Shown: positions 47,222-56,157, numbered from the stretch's first letter. The stretch is DNA of 64,000 bases from Tepidiformaceae bacterium (GCA_965247935.1 CBDFIA010000002.1:3139327-3203326); one strand, 5' to 3'. Program-made: numbers and translations. The notes: a model not told the origin generated them from the sequence alone.

Positions 47222-48232
47222 ATGGTGCGCGACAGAGCCGAAGACGCGGACAGCGAGCCCCAGTGGGAAACCCCCGCTACGGACGAGGCCGGCGCGGTCG
47301 CCCCCGAGGTGGCCGGGGACGATCCCGGAGGCGCCCCCTTTGAGGACTTCGACCTGCTGTTCGATGAAAAGCCGCGCAGCGGGCCTCCGACCTGGTCCCA
47401 TTTCCTCACCCCGGTCGCGATCCTGATCGGCGCTGCCGCCGCCGTCGCGGCCATCTTCGTGACCGACGACAACCCGGAGGTAGTCCCTGCTGATGCGGCC
47501 GCGCTCGCCCCGGGGCCGAGCGCCTCCGGGCCGGCGGCTCCCGCTGGGCAGGCGGTCACCGATGGTGGCGTGACCGAGCCCGCCGCGCCGGCAGCCGTGG
47601 CCGCGGCGCCGGCGACGCTCTCCGAGGCGTTCGTCGGCTACGCTGCTTCCATCGACCTCGACACCGATCAGTTCAGCGAGTGCCTCGGCACTCCTGAGAC
47701 TGCAGACGCGGTGAACGCCCACCTCGAGCGCGGAGGGGCGCTCGGCGTCAGTGGGACGCCCACGTTCTTCATCAACAACAAGCGCATCGTCGGTGCCCAG
47801 CCGACGGAAGTCTTCGTCGAGCTGATCGCTGCGGAGTTAAACGGAAGTCCCATGACCATCGAGGGCTACTCAGCGGCGATCCAACAGCTCGCCGCCACCG
47901 ATCCGCCGCGCTTCGAGATCCTCGCTGCGCGCCCGGACCTCAGCGGAGCCGCGATCGAGGGGAGCCCCGATGCGATCGTGATGGTGCAGGAGTACAGCGA
48001 TTTCCAGTGTCCCTTCTGCCGGCGTTGGTACGACGCCACGCTTCCCGTACTGCGCCAGCAGATCGGCGAGGACGTGGCCCTTGCCTTCCTCCACTTCCCA
48101 CTCGTTCGGATCCATCCGAACGCCGGCAACGCCCACCTCGCCGCCGAGTGCGCCAATCAGCAGGGCAAGTTCTGGGAGATGCACGATCTGCTCTTCGCGC
48201 GCCAGGCCGAGTGGTCGCCGCTGCGCAACTGA
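47222..48232 (+). CDS. membrane-anchored DsbA-family thiol:disulfide oxidoreductase-like protein with the two half-domains in swapped order
   Basis: A TM anchor and linker come first. Then the C-terminal-half motif GVSGTPTFFINNKRIVG. Only afterwards comes the N-terminal half EYSDFQCPFCRRW...FPLVRIHPNA...QGKFWEMHDLLF. The ORF then stops. Confidence 0.65.
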   Translation: MVRDRAEDADSEPQWETPATDEAGAVAPEVAGDDPGGAPFEDFDLLFDEKPRSGPPTWSHFLTPVAILIGAAAAVAAIFVTDDNPEVVPADAAALAPGPSASGPAAPAGQAVTDGGVTEPAAPAAVAAAPATLSEAFVGYAASIDLDTDQFSECLGTPETADAVNAHLERGGALGVSGTPTFFINNKRIVGAQPTEVFVELIAAELNGSPMTIEGYSAAIQQLAATDPPRFEILAARPDLSGAAIEGSPDAIVMVQEYSDFQCPFCRRWYDATLPVLRQQIGEDVALAFLHFPLVRIHPNAGNAHLAAECANQQGKFWEMHDLLFARQAEWSPLRN

Positions 48233-48256
48233 CCGCGCCCAGCGCCGCTGTGCCAG

Positions 48257-48290
48257 CTCAGAGTTCAGCGTTCGAGGTTCAGCGTCCTCC
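48257..48290 (-). repeat. heptad-repeat intergenic element, copy 3 (reverse orientation)
   Basis: The reverse complement reads ggaggac gctgaac ctcgaac gctgaac tctgag. It overlaps the last codons and stop of the phosphatase remnant. Confidence 0.6.
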
Positions 48291-48694
48291 GCCTTCGGCT
48301 TCGAGCTTGCTCAGGAGGTGGCGAACGACCCGGCCGGTGCGATCGTGGCCGGCGCTGCAATGCACGAGCACCGGCCGCGCAAGTCGTTGGAATGCGAGCC
48401 AGGCGTCCTGGAGCTGCTCGCTGCTGTAGGGCTCCGTGAGGCCATCGCGCGCGGCGATGTGGGCGACCTCGAACCCCGCTTGCCCATAGCGATCGAGGAG
48501 GCCTCGGGCAGCGCATCGAGGTACAGGGGGAGCTGATCGTCGCCTAAGAGGCAGATGATCGAACGGACACCGGCCGCTTGCGCCGCCTCGATCCAGGCTT
48601 CGATCGTCGAGCGTGGAACCACGGTCTCGGCGCCGGGCCGGTAGCCCGGCCTGGCGCTTGTCGCGAGGACGCCCTCGATGACCCAGCTCACCAT
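48279..48694 (-). pseudogene. dual-specificity/tyrosine protein phosphatase (HCxxGxxR) with one frameshift
   Basis: The N-terminal piece is ORF 48311..48694 (MVSWVIEGVLATSARPG...). The C-terminal piece, with VHCSAGHDRTGRV, is in another frame ending at 48279. The junction is near 48497-48508. Confidence 0.65.
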
Positions 48695-48705
48695 TTCGGG
48701 CTCCG

Positions 48706-49659
48706 CTATTCGCCGGCGAGGAGCGCGAGCGCCGCTGCGATCGCGGCCGCGGCGTGGCGCTCATGCGAGGCTGCGCGACGCAGCGCGTTCGCCGCGGCCC
48801 CGCGCAGGCCCGGGTTCGCGATGTTCCCGTGACCCCCTGCCGGAAAAGGGAACAGCGTGAGGAGCGGCGAGAGCGCCTGGGTCAGATCGCGCACGGCGCG
48901 CTCGGCTTCGCCGAGGCGCTGCGCGAGGGCGGGGATTCCTGCTGCGAGGTCATGCAGGAAGTCGGCGCCGTCGCTCCGTGCGGCCTGCAGGACCGCGAGC
49001 GTGTAGGCATTGCCGGCGCGATCGACTTCGCCGTCCCCCTCCAACACCTCCGCCCAGGCCTCGAAGGCGGCCGTCCCTCGCGGCGACGGGCCGTCATCGC
49101 CCGCCATCAGCTCCAGCGCCGTCGTGAGTGCGCCGCCGACGGCCTCGTCGGGGTCGGGCTCGCTCGCTTCGAGCGGTGCGAAGAGCTCGACGATGCCAAG
49201 CGCGGGCCATTCGTCCCAGGGGGCGAACTCGCCCAGGTCGTCTGAGACAACCGACTCGACCAGGAACCCGCCCCGGTCGCGGTCGTGGCCCCGCACGATC
49301 GCGAATTCATGCACCTGGAAATCGAAGCCGATGAGCAGCCGGCCTGCGTCCAGCCGCTCCGCCGCCCAGACGATTGCTTCCTCGCGCACGGCCGCCACTT
49401 CCGTGCCCTCGGCCCTCCGGCCGAAACGCTCCCAGCGCAGCCCGGTGCGTGCGTAACGCTCGACCATCGCTCCCCAGTCGAGGTCGTGGGGGCCGCTCGG
49501 GAGGGCGTACACGCCCGCTTGCTCGGCGAGGCAGAGGTGCCAGGCGTGGCCGGTCAGGCCCATGACGGCGTGGCGGGGGAGGGGTATCCCCGCGGCCGCG
49601 AGCACGCCCTCGAGGGCGCCTGCGGCCGTCGTCCAGTTGGGCGCGAGTCTGGCCGCCAT
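48706..49659 (-). CDS. hypothetical protein
   Basis: 317 aa from MAARLAPNW (ATG at 49659), preceded by GGTGGAG. The upstream part of the ORF overlaps the divergent peptidase gene and was discarded. Confidence 0.6.
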   Translation of the reverse strand: MAARLAPNWTTAAGALEGVLAAAGIPLPRHAVMGLTGHAWHLCLAEQAGVYALPSGPHDLDWGAMVERYARTGLRWERFGRRAEGTEVAAVREEAIVWAAERLDAGRLLIGFDFQVHEFAIVRGHDRDRGGFLVESVVSDDLGEFAPWDEWPALGIVELFAPLEASEPDPDEAVGGALTTALELMAGDDGPSPRGTAAFEAWAEVLEGDGEVDRAGNAYTLAVLQAARSDGADFLHDLAAGIPALAQRLGEAERAVRDLTQALSPLLTLFPFPAGGHGNIANPGLRGAAANALRRAASHERHAAAAIAAALALLAGE

Positions 49660-49759
49660 TTGCTCCACCGGGCGAGTGTAACGTGGCTGGCGCGCGCGCC
49701 GCCCGGACGGCCAGCGCGTGCCCGGGCGGGCTCGTAGAATTGCCCTCCGGAGGAAGCCA

Positions 49760-51034
49760 TTGGCCGTCACCTGGCAGACCAGCACGCTCCGGCAGGGGCT
49801 CCGCGTCGTCACCACCCCCGTCCCCACCACCCAGGCTGTGGCCGTCAGCCTGTTCGTTGGCGTCGGCTCGCGCTCGGAGCCGCAGCGCCTGAACGGCATC
49901 ACGCACTTCCTCGAGCACATGATCTTCAAAGGCACCGAGCGCCGCCCCCAGGCAAACATGATCGCGGAGGAGATCGAGGGCGCCGGCGGCACCCTCAACG
50001 CCTACACGAATAAGGAGTTCACCTGCTACTGGAACGTGGTGCCCTTCGACCACCTCGAGACGTCGATCGACGTAACCGCGGACATGCTCCTCCACTCCAC
50101 GCTCAAGCAGGAGGAGATCGAGCGCGAACGCACGGTCGTGCAGCAGGAACTCAAGCGGAATCACGACAACCCGGGGAGCTGGGTCAGCCGCCTCCTCGGC
50201 GTCTCGGTCTACGGGGAGCAACCCTGCGGCTGGGACGTCGGTGGCAGCGTCGAGCTCGTCGACGACATGCAGCGCTCCGACTTCCTCAGCCACATGGGCG
50301 AGTGGTATCTCGGGCCGAACATGGTCCTCTCCGTGGCCGGCAACTGCACCCACGAACAGGTCCTCGAGATCGTCGAGCCCCGCTTCGCCGAGGTCGCTCA
50401 CGGCACCACGCCCTCGGTCACTCCGTATGACGCAGGCACGACCGGCAGCCGCGTGAGCATCGACTCCCGCGACATCGATCAATGCAGCGTGATGGTGGGC
50501 ATGCCCATGTTCGGCCGAAGCGACCCCCGCCGCTTCGCGTTGCGGCTCATGAACGACGTTCTCGGCTCGGGCATGTCCTCACGGCTCTTCAACGAGGTGC
50601 GCGAACGTCGGGGCCTCGCCTACTCCGTCCACTCCGGCTACGGCTATCTCGCGGATACGGGCGTCTTCACGATCTCAGCGGGCGTCGATCGCGAGAAGCT
50701 CGCCGAGACGCTCGATGTCTGCTTGGGCGAAGCCCGGAAGCTTGTCGATGAAGCCGTGCCCGCGGACGAGCTGCGCCGCGCCAAGGACCACACGATCGGA
50801 CGCTTCCGCCTCTCGCTCGAGACCGCCTTCTCGCTGGGCCAGCGCCACGGTGAGCAGCTCCTGACGAAGGGCGAGATCGAGACCATCGACGACTTCGTGG
50901 CTCAGGTCGAGGCCGTAACGGCGACGGACATTCAGGCCGTCGCGGGCGTCATCTTCGACGCCCCGCGGATGCACGCCTCCGCGGTCGGCCCCGACCTGAG
51001 CGAAGACGAGCTCGCGAACGCCCTCAGCCGCTAG
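49760..51034 (+). CDS. M16-family (insulinase/pitrilysin-like) zinc peptidase
   Basis: HFLEH zinc motif. Start proposed at TTG 49760, 6 nt after GGAGG. The ORF opens at 49718. Confidence 0.85.
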   Translation: MAVTWQTSTLRQGLRVVTTPVPTTQAVAVSLFVGVGSRSEPQRLNGITHFLEHMIFKGTERRPQANMIAEEIEGAGGTLNAYTNKEFTCYWNVVPFDHLETSIDVTADMLLHSTLKQEEIERERTVVQQELKRNHDNPGSWVSRLLGVSVYGEQPCGWDVGGSVELVDDMQRSDFLSHMGEWYLGPNMVLSVAGNCTHEQVLEIVEPRFAEVAHGTTPSVTPYDAGTTGSRVSIDSRDIDQCSVMVGMPMFGRSDPRRFALRLMNDVLGSGMSSRLFNEVRERRGLAYSVHSGYGYLADTGVFTISAGVDREKLAETLDVCLGEARKLVDEAVPADELRRAKDHTIGRFRLSLETAFSLGQRHGEQLLTKGEIETIDDFVAQVEAVTATDIQAVAGVIFDAPRMHASAVGPDLSEDELANALSR

Positions 51035-51040
51035 GCCGAG

Positions 51041-51190
51041 CTACTGCAGCTTGACCGCGGGCTTCGGTACGGGCGGTCTTGGCTTGGGGACGGAGGGGCG
51101 CACCCTAGGCGCACCGGCGCCCTCCTTCAACGGTTCGCCCTGAGTCGGCCCGTCTGTGGTTAACGCTGGCGCCACCCCCTCGAACGGCAT
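51041..51190 (-). CDS. micro-ORF encoding a Pro/Lys-rich peptide (49 aa)
   Basis: My own translation gives MPFEGVAPALTTDGPTQGEPLKEGAGAPRVRPSVPKPRPPVPKPAVKLQ. GGAG lies 4 nt upstream. It sits 9 nt after the previous micro-ORF. It is below the ORF-track length cutoff. Confidence 0.3.
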   Translation of the reverse strand: MPFEGVAPALTTDGPTQGEPLKEGAGAPRVRPSVPKPRPPVPKPAVKLQ

Positions 51191-51199
51191 GAGCTCCAA

Positions 51200-51323
51200 C
51201 TACTTCTCCGGTTTCGGCTTCGGCCGAGGGGGAGTCGGTGGCGTCCTCGGCAAACCCCTCGTCTCTGGTTTGGGGACGGGGGCTGGTCGGGCTGTTTGTC
51301 CGCCCTGATCAGGACTGCTCATG
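51200..51323 (-). CDS. micro-ORF encoding a Pro/Lys-rich peptide (40 aa)
   Basis: MSSPDQGGQTARPAPVPKPETRGLPRTPPTPPRPKPKPEK. AAGGAG lies 6 nt upstream of the ATG at 51323. It directly follows the upstream membrane-protein gene. Confidence 0.35.
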
Positions 51324-51333
51324 TTCTGCTCCT

Positions 51334-51774
51334 TCATGTCAGGTTTTTCCACGCGAAGACGGCGAACGACAAGGTGCCGAGAATGAAGCCTAGTAGGGCA
51401 ACGCCGTTCAAGAGAACGATACATCCGGTCTTCCAGCCGCCGCCGAGAATTGCTTCAGTATTCGAATAGCGCTTGTCTAAATATGCGATGACATCGAGAG
51501 AGGACCAACCACTCAGTAGGAAAGAAGCTACGGTCGATGTCAGGCCAGCCAATAGGCAAATCCATGAGAATCCCAGCCAGCCAGTCGCGTCCGGGTCCGG
51601 AGTAAACTGGGCGACGAAGCCAACCGAGAGGGCGAATGAGCCGGTGGAAAGCTTGACGATCGTCTCATCAAAGCTCCTAAAAGCTTCCTTGGTCACCTCG
51701 GCATAGCGGTCTCGCTCGGCGAGGTACTCGGCTCGATCCGAGTCGGTGTCGCTAGGGGATTCGTCTGCGGGCAT
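51334..51774 (-). CDS. hypothetical integral membrane protein (3 predicted TM)
   Basis: 146 aa. GC is about 55% by hand count over 51341-51460. No family recognised. Confidence 0.6.
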   Translation of the reverse strand: MPADESPSDTDSDRAEYLAERDRYAEVTKEAFRSFDETIVKLSTGSFALSVGFVAQFTPDPDATGWLGFSWICLLAGLTSTVASFLLSGWSSLDVIAYLDKRYSNTEAILGGGWKTGCIVLLNGVALLGFILGTLSFAVFAWKNLT

Positions 51775-51849
51775 TTCGATGAATTATAGCACAAACGTTC
51801 TGCGGCAGGGCCTTTCGAACTAAGACGTTCGCGCTGCTATCCTCGAACC

Positions 51850-52287
51850 ATGGGCTCGGAGTGGCAGACCCGCGAGGTGCGTGTCTTCGGGCTGCGCCGT
51901 CGCTATGGGTTACCACTCGCCCTGGCCCTGCTCGCGGGGGCGGTCGTGGGCGTTGTGGCGCTCTTGCTGAGCGGCGTCTATGTCGTCGCGTTGGCGATCG
52001 CTGGGGCACTTATCCTCTTCGCGCTCGTGTTCGGGGCCTTGCGGGAGCACCTGGGCATGGCGTATGTATCGCCCATGCTCTGGACAGAGCTTCACTACCG
52101 CAGGCGAGGGCGTACTCGCCGGGGTGAGCGGGCGCCGCCGCCCCGCGATGTGCCGCCCGAGCCCCCTCACCCGACCAGCTGCCTTGAAATTGTTGCGTTA
52201 GAGAGAGCGGGTGTTCTCGAATCGTCGCGCGCGGGGTTTCGCCATGGCGCCCTCTTGCTCCTCGGCGTCCGTAAGGAAGACCGCTAG
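51850..52287 (+). CDS. hypothetical membrane protein (2 TM); 3' extent doubtful
   Basis: The first ~85 codons have high GC3 and encode two TM helices. The tail is Arg/Pro-rich and overlaps the convergent gene by 90 nt. Confidence 0.4.
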   Translation: MGSEWQTREVRVFGLRRRYGLPLALALLAGAVVGVVALLLSGVYVVALAIAGALILFALVFGALREHLGMAYVSPMLWTELHYRRRGRTRRGERAPPPRDVPPEPPHPTSCLEIVALERAGVLESSRAGFRHGALLLLGVRKEDR

Positions 52288-52728
52288 GATCTCGATTCTC
52301 TTGAGGGCGGATCGCGGATATCCGAGGTCCTTTCGTATCGCAACCACCAGGTCCGCCATTGCCGCGAGCATGTCCTGCGCGTCTTCGACCGTAGAGTTCC
52401 GCTCTGAGTAGAGGTTCCAATCGTTAAACGAACGTACAACCTCATCCGACCCGACCAAGAGAACTCTCGTGCGGAAGGTTCGGAATACGCGCAAGAGCTC
52501 CTTCTCGGCCCGCGGATTTAGGTGCCCTGCGCCGTCCTTGCTCGAGTCGAGCTGCCCAAAGATCGCCTCCACGAATCCCTCGTAAACTTCGCGCCGCCGG
52601 CGGCTCGACTCGATCGAATCCTCTCTGGTCACATCGCTTTTCAGGTTCCACCGGGGGGCCAGGGCGGCAATCAGCTGAGAGACAAGGACTGCAGCCGCAG
52701 CGATAGCGGCAGCCAAGAGGGCGTCCAC
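52198..52728 (-). CDS. hypothetical protein with an N-terminal TM anchor; predicted SOS-regulated
   Basis: GTG at 52728 has GGAG 7 nt upstream. An SOS box lies immediately upstream of the RBS. 176 aa in an AT-richer region. No family recognised. Confidence 0.6.
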   Translation of the reverse strand: MDALLAAAIAAAAVLVSQLIAALAPRWNLKSDVTREDSIESSRRRREVYEGFVEAIFGQLDSSKDGAGHLNPRAEKELLRVFRTFRTRVLLVGSDEVVRSFNDWNLYSERNSTVEDAQDMLAAMADLVVAIRKDLGYPRSALKRIEILAVFLTDAEEQEGAMAKPRARRFENTRSL

Positions 52729-52737
52729 GGGCAGTCT

Positions 52738-52753
52738 CCTAGAACAAAAGTTC
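52738..52753 (-). promoter_or_regulatory. predicted LexA operator (Cheo-type SOS box), TAGAAC-N4-GTTCTA
   Basis: Plus strand reads tagaacaaaagttcta. The arms are identical to those of the box at 23515-23530. It abuts the GGAG RBS of the gene at 52198..52728. Confidence 0.65.
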
Positions 52754-52951
52754 TATCGAGAGTACCAAGGCCGCCGCGACTACTCAATCTATGCTCAGAT
52801 TCGCGACAGAAGCTGGCCGGATTCAGCGAGCGCCCGGATCACTGGGGACTGCTAGCCGTATAGTCTGGCCTCCAACTCTGTGCGGTCCGCTGGCCGCGCG
52901 GCCAACCGGACGAGCCGAACAAGGGATGGCCTAGAGTTGGGGAGGTCCGGA

Positions 52952-53265
52952 TTGCATGAATACACCGCGGCTGAGCAGAGGCTGACTGAGGCGGTCGAAA
53001 CCAATCTCGCGTTGGGCTATGGAGACATCCGCGATCGACTCAAAGCGGCTTGGGTCCCCGTAAGTATCTTAGGAAAGGCTGGGGTGGTCTTGCCGGGGCA
53101 GATCGCCCCCGAGGTCACTCAGACGCAGGCCCAGTGGGATGCGTTCGAGAAGCCAGTATCAACAACTGTGCAGGTGGTCTTACGACCGATGAATGCCTCG
53201 CCGAAGCGCAGAAGATCGTTCGTTGGCTCCACCGAGTCCGCGAGGCAAACTACGCCGAAGAGTAG
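52952..53265 (+). pseudogene. small hypothetical gene, apparently frameshifted
   Basis: TTG at 52952 lies 6 nt after GGGGAGG. The protein-like frame (..EQRLTEAVETNLALGYGDIRDRLKAAW..QWDAFE) switches near 53140-53150 to another protein-like frame ending ..TDECLAEAQKIVRWLHRVREANYAEE. Confidence 0.35.
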
Positions 53266-53288
53266 GCGGCTGTACCCCAGGGTCGCGC

Positions 53289-55499
53289 CTACAACCCCAG
53301 CCCGGACTCCCAGGCCTCGCGGACGTCCGTGAGGTTGGCTTCGATCGGGCCGTAGCGGAGCGTTGCGTCTTCGCTGGTCGCGCCGAGCCGGGTGATTGGC
53401 ACGCCCGCTTCTTCCGCGAGCGCGGTTAGCCGCGCCGCGGCTTCCGGGCGGGCGCTGACGACGATCCGGCCCTGGCCCTCGCCGAAGAGGGCGGCATCGA
53501 GCCGCCCTTCGATCGCAACATCGCCCGCGAAGCCGTAATCGCCGAGCAGGCAGCACTCGGCGAGTGCGATCGCAAGTCCGCCGTCGCTGCAGTCGTGCGC
53601 GCTGAGCAGGAGGCCCGCGTCGTTGGCGCGCAGCACGGCCTCGTGCAGGCGCGCCTCCGCCGCGAGGTCGACGGTCGGCGTGCCGGCGATGGCGCCGTGC
53701 ACCGCCTCCAGATACTCGCTCCCGGCGAGCGTCCGCGCCTGCTGTGAGATTGCCCCGCCCAACAGCCAAACGTCCGCCCCACCCCGTTCAAACGCCGCCC
53801 CGAGGTGGGCGTGCACGTCCTCGAGCACGCCGAGCATGCCGATCACGGGCGTGGGTGCGATCGGCTCCCCGCCGCTTTCGTTGTAGAGGCTGACGTTCCC
53901 GCTAACGACCGGCGTATCAAGAGCCTCGCACGCGTGGGCGATACCGCGGATAGCCTCCGAGAGGGTCTGGTAGACGTCGAGGTTCTCGGGCGCACCGAAG
54001 TTGAGGCAGTCGGTCACGGCCACCGGCCGGGCGCCGGTGCAGACCACGTTGCGCGCCGCCTCGGCGACGGCGATGGCGCCGCCGTTGTGTGGATCGAGCT
54101 GGCAGTAGCGCCCGTTGCCGTCGGTGGCCAGGGCGATGCCCCGGGTCGTCCCCGGGACGCGCAGAACGGCGGCGTCACCGCCGGGTGCCACGATCGTGTT
54201 CGCGAGCACCTGGTGGTCGTACTGGCGGAACACCTCGTGCCTGCTCGCGAGGTTCGGTCGCGCGATCAGCTTGGTCAGCGCTCCCGTCGCGGCCTCGGGC
54301 AGGAGGTCGGGGAAGGCCCCGGGGTTGGCTTGGCTGCGCGCCAGCGCTTCGAGGTTGCGCACTCCTTCGCGGCGGTAGGTGGGCGCGTCCGTGGCGATGG
54401 CCACGGGCACGCTCCCCACCTCGATTCCCCCATCGCGCAGCACCACTGCGTCCCCGCCGGTGACCTGCCCGATCTCGACACAGGCCACCTCCCAGCGCTC
54501 AAAGAGCGCGGCCACGTCGCCGGCGTGCTCTCGCTTGGCGATGACGAGCATGCGTTCCTGGCTCTCGGAGAGCATGACCTCGTAAGGGGTCATGCCCGCC
54601 TCGCGGCGGGGCACGCGTTCGAGGTCGAGCACCGCCCCGGATTCGCCGCGCGCACAGCATTCGAGCACGGAACTCGAGAGCCCGGCCGCCCCGAGATCCT
54701 GGAGGCCGACGATCCAATCGCGGTGCTCGGAGGCGAGGTCGAAGCAGGCCTCCATCAACATCTTCTCGAGGAAGGGGTTGCCGACCTGCACGGCGGGCCG
54801 CATCTCCTCGAAGCGTGCTTCGGGGTCGGTGCGGCTAGCGAGCCCGCTGGCGCCGTGGATGCCGTCCCGGCCGGTGTCGGCGCCCACGAGCAGGAGGGCG
54901 TTGCCCTCGCCGCTCGCATTGGCGCTGACGATGCCGCCGGCGCGGACGAGGCCGACGCACATCGCGTTCACGAGCGGGTTGCCGTTGTACGACGCGCCGA
55001 ACGCGACTTCGCCTCCGACCGTCGGGATGCCGAGGCAGTTGCCGTAGCCCCCGATGCCGCCGACCACGCCTTCGAACAGGTAGCGGTTGTTGCCCTCGTC
55101 CAGCGGGCCGAAGCGGAGCGAATCGAGGAGGGCGATGGGGTAGGCGCCCATGGCGACGATGTCGCGCACGATGCCGCCGACGCCGGTGGCGGCGCCCTGA
55201 TACGGCTCGATCGCCGAGGGGTGGTTGTGCGACTCCACCTTCATGACGACGGCCCAACCGTCGCCGATGTCGATCGCGCCGGCGTTCTCCTCACCTACGC
55301 GCGTGAGGACGCGGTCGCCGCTGCTGGGGAGGAGGCGGAGGAGGGGGCGGCTGTTCTTGTAGCCGCAGTGCTCGCTCCAGAGCGAACCGAAGACGCCGAG
55401 CTCGAGCTCGTTCGGCTCACGGCGGAGCCGCGCGACGAGCGTGTCGTACTCGTCGCGGCTGAGCGCGACGGCGTCCAGCGCCGCTTGTTCGACGGGCAC
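53289..55499 (-). CDS. purL: phosphoribosylformylglycinamidine synthase subunit PurL
   Basis: 736 aa with the small-PurL architecture and motifs (GAIDIGDG, VESHNHPS). Confidence 0.96.
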   Translation of the reverse strand: MPVEQAALDAVALSRDEYDTLVARLRREPNELELGVFGSLWSEHCGYKNSRPLLRLLPSSGDRVLTRVGEENAGAIDIGDGWAVVMKVESHNHPSAIEPYQGAATGVGGIVRDIVAMGAYPIALLDSLRFGPLDEGNNRYLFEGVVGGIGGYGNCLGIPTVGGEVAFGASYNGNPLVNAMCVGLVRAGGIVSANASGEGNALLLVGADTGRDGIHGASGLASRTDPEARFEEMRPAVQVGNPFLEKMLMEACFDLASEHRDWIVGLQDLGAAGLSSSVLECCARGESGAVLDLERVPRREAGMTPYEVMLSESQERMLVIAKREHAGDVAALFERWEVACVEIGQVTGGDAVVLRDGGIEVGSVPVAIATDAPTYRREGVRNLEALARSQANPGAFPDLLPEAATGALTKLIARPNLASRHEVFRQYDHQVLANTIVAPGGDAAVLRVPGTTRGIALATDGNGRYCQLDPHNGGAIAVAEAARNVVCTGARPVAVTDCLNFGAPENLDVYQTLSEAIRGIAHACEALDTPVVSGNVSLYNESGGEPIAPTPVIGMLGVLEDVHAHLGAAFERGGADVWLLGGAISQQARTLAGSEYLEAVHGAIAGTPTVDLAAEARLHEAVLRANDAGLLLSAHDCSDGGLAIALAECCLLGDYGFAGDVAIEGRLDAALFGEGQGRIVVSARPEAAARLTALAEEAGVPITRLGATSEDATLRYGPIEANLTDVREAWESGLGL

Positions 55500-55572
55500 G
55501 CCTACAGGCTACGGGCCATGATCGTGGACGGCGAGGAGGCGCGCTCACAGAGCAGCGCCGCAGGCCTCGCGC

Positions 55573-56157
55573 CTAGTCGAAGCCGAAGGGCGGGTACTCG
55601 TCGACCAGGAGCAGGAAGGACTCGCTGAGGCGGGCGCTCCAGCGGTTGTAGCCGACCAGGAAGTGGTGCAAATCCTGGGGGACTCGACCGAGGATGACCC
55701 CCACCACCAAGGCGTAGATGGCGATGACTAGGGCAACGTTGTCCAGGTACCTCATCACGACGAAGTGGGGGGCGACGAGGAAGATGCGGAAAAACGTCTT
55801 CAGCCGGCTCCGGCCCTTGAGCTGCTCGGCGACCGAGAGCCTGACCGGATAGCTGCCTTCCGGCTCCAGGTTGAACGGCGGGTACTGGTCTGTGAGGAGG
55901 AAGCCGTAGCCGCGGACGCGGGTCGTCCAGTGGAGGACGCCGGTGGAAAACCTCAGCATCCCCGCGGGGTAGCGGCCGGTGAACATGATCGCGAACCAGG
56001 CAATGATCGTGATGACCAGCTGCGCGACGCTGAGGAAGACGAGCACGACGATGTGCGGCAGCACGAGGAAGATGCGGAGGAGCACCCACCAACGGCTCTG
56101 CTGCGCCGGTAGGTCGGCCTCCATCTGAATGGTGTAGTTCGCGGCTGATTCAGGCAT
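55573..56157 (-). CDS. DUF4389-family membrane protein, paralog 1
   Basis: 194 aa with two internal repeats, each ending YPPF (QYPPFNL and EYPPFGFD). Confidence 0.75.
   Translation of the reverse strand: MPESAANYTIQMEADLPAQQSRWWVLLRIFLVLPHIVVLVFLSVAQLVITIIAWFAIMFTGRYPAGMLRFSTGVLHWTTRVRGYGFLLTDQYPPFNLEPEGSYPVRLSVAEQLKGRSRLKTFFRIFLVAPHFVVMRYLDNVALVIAIYALVVGVILGRVPQDLHHFLVGYNRWSARLSESFLLLVDEYPPFGFD

Noticed and set aside
51816-51831. CGAAC-N6-GTTCG palindrome as a third LexA box.
   Set aside because: The spacer is 6 nt, not 4, and the arms differ from the two TAGAAC boxes. It is kept only as a possible operator for an unknown regulator.
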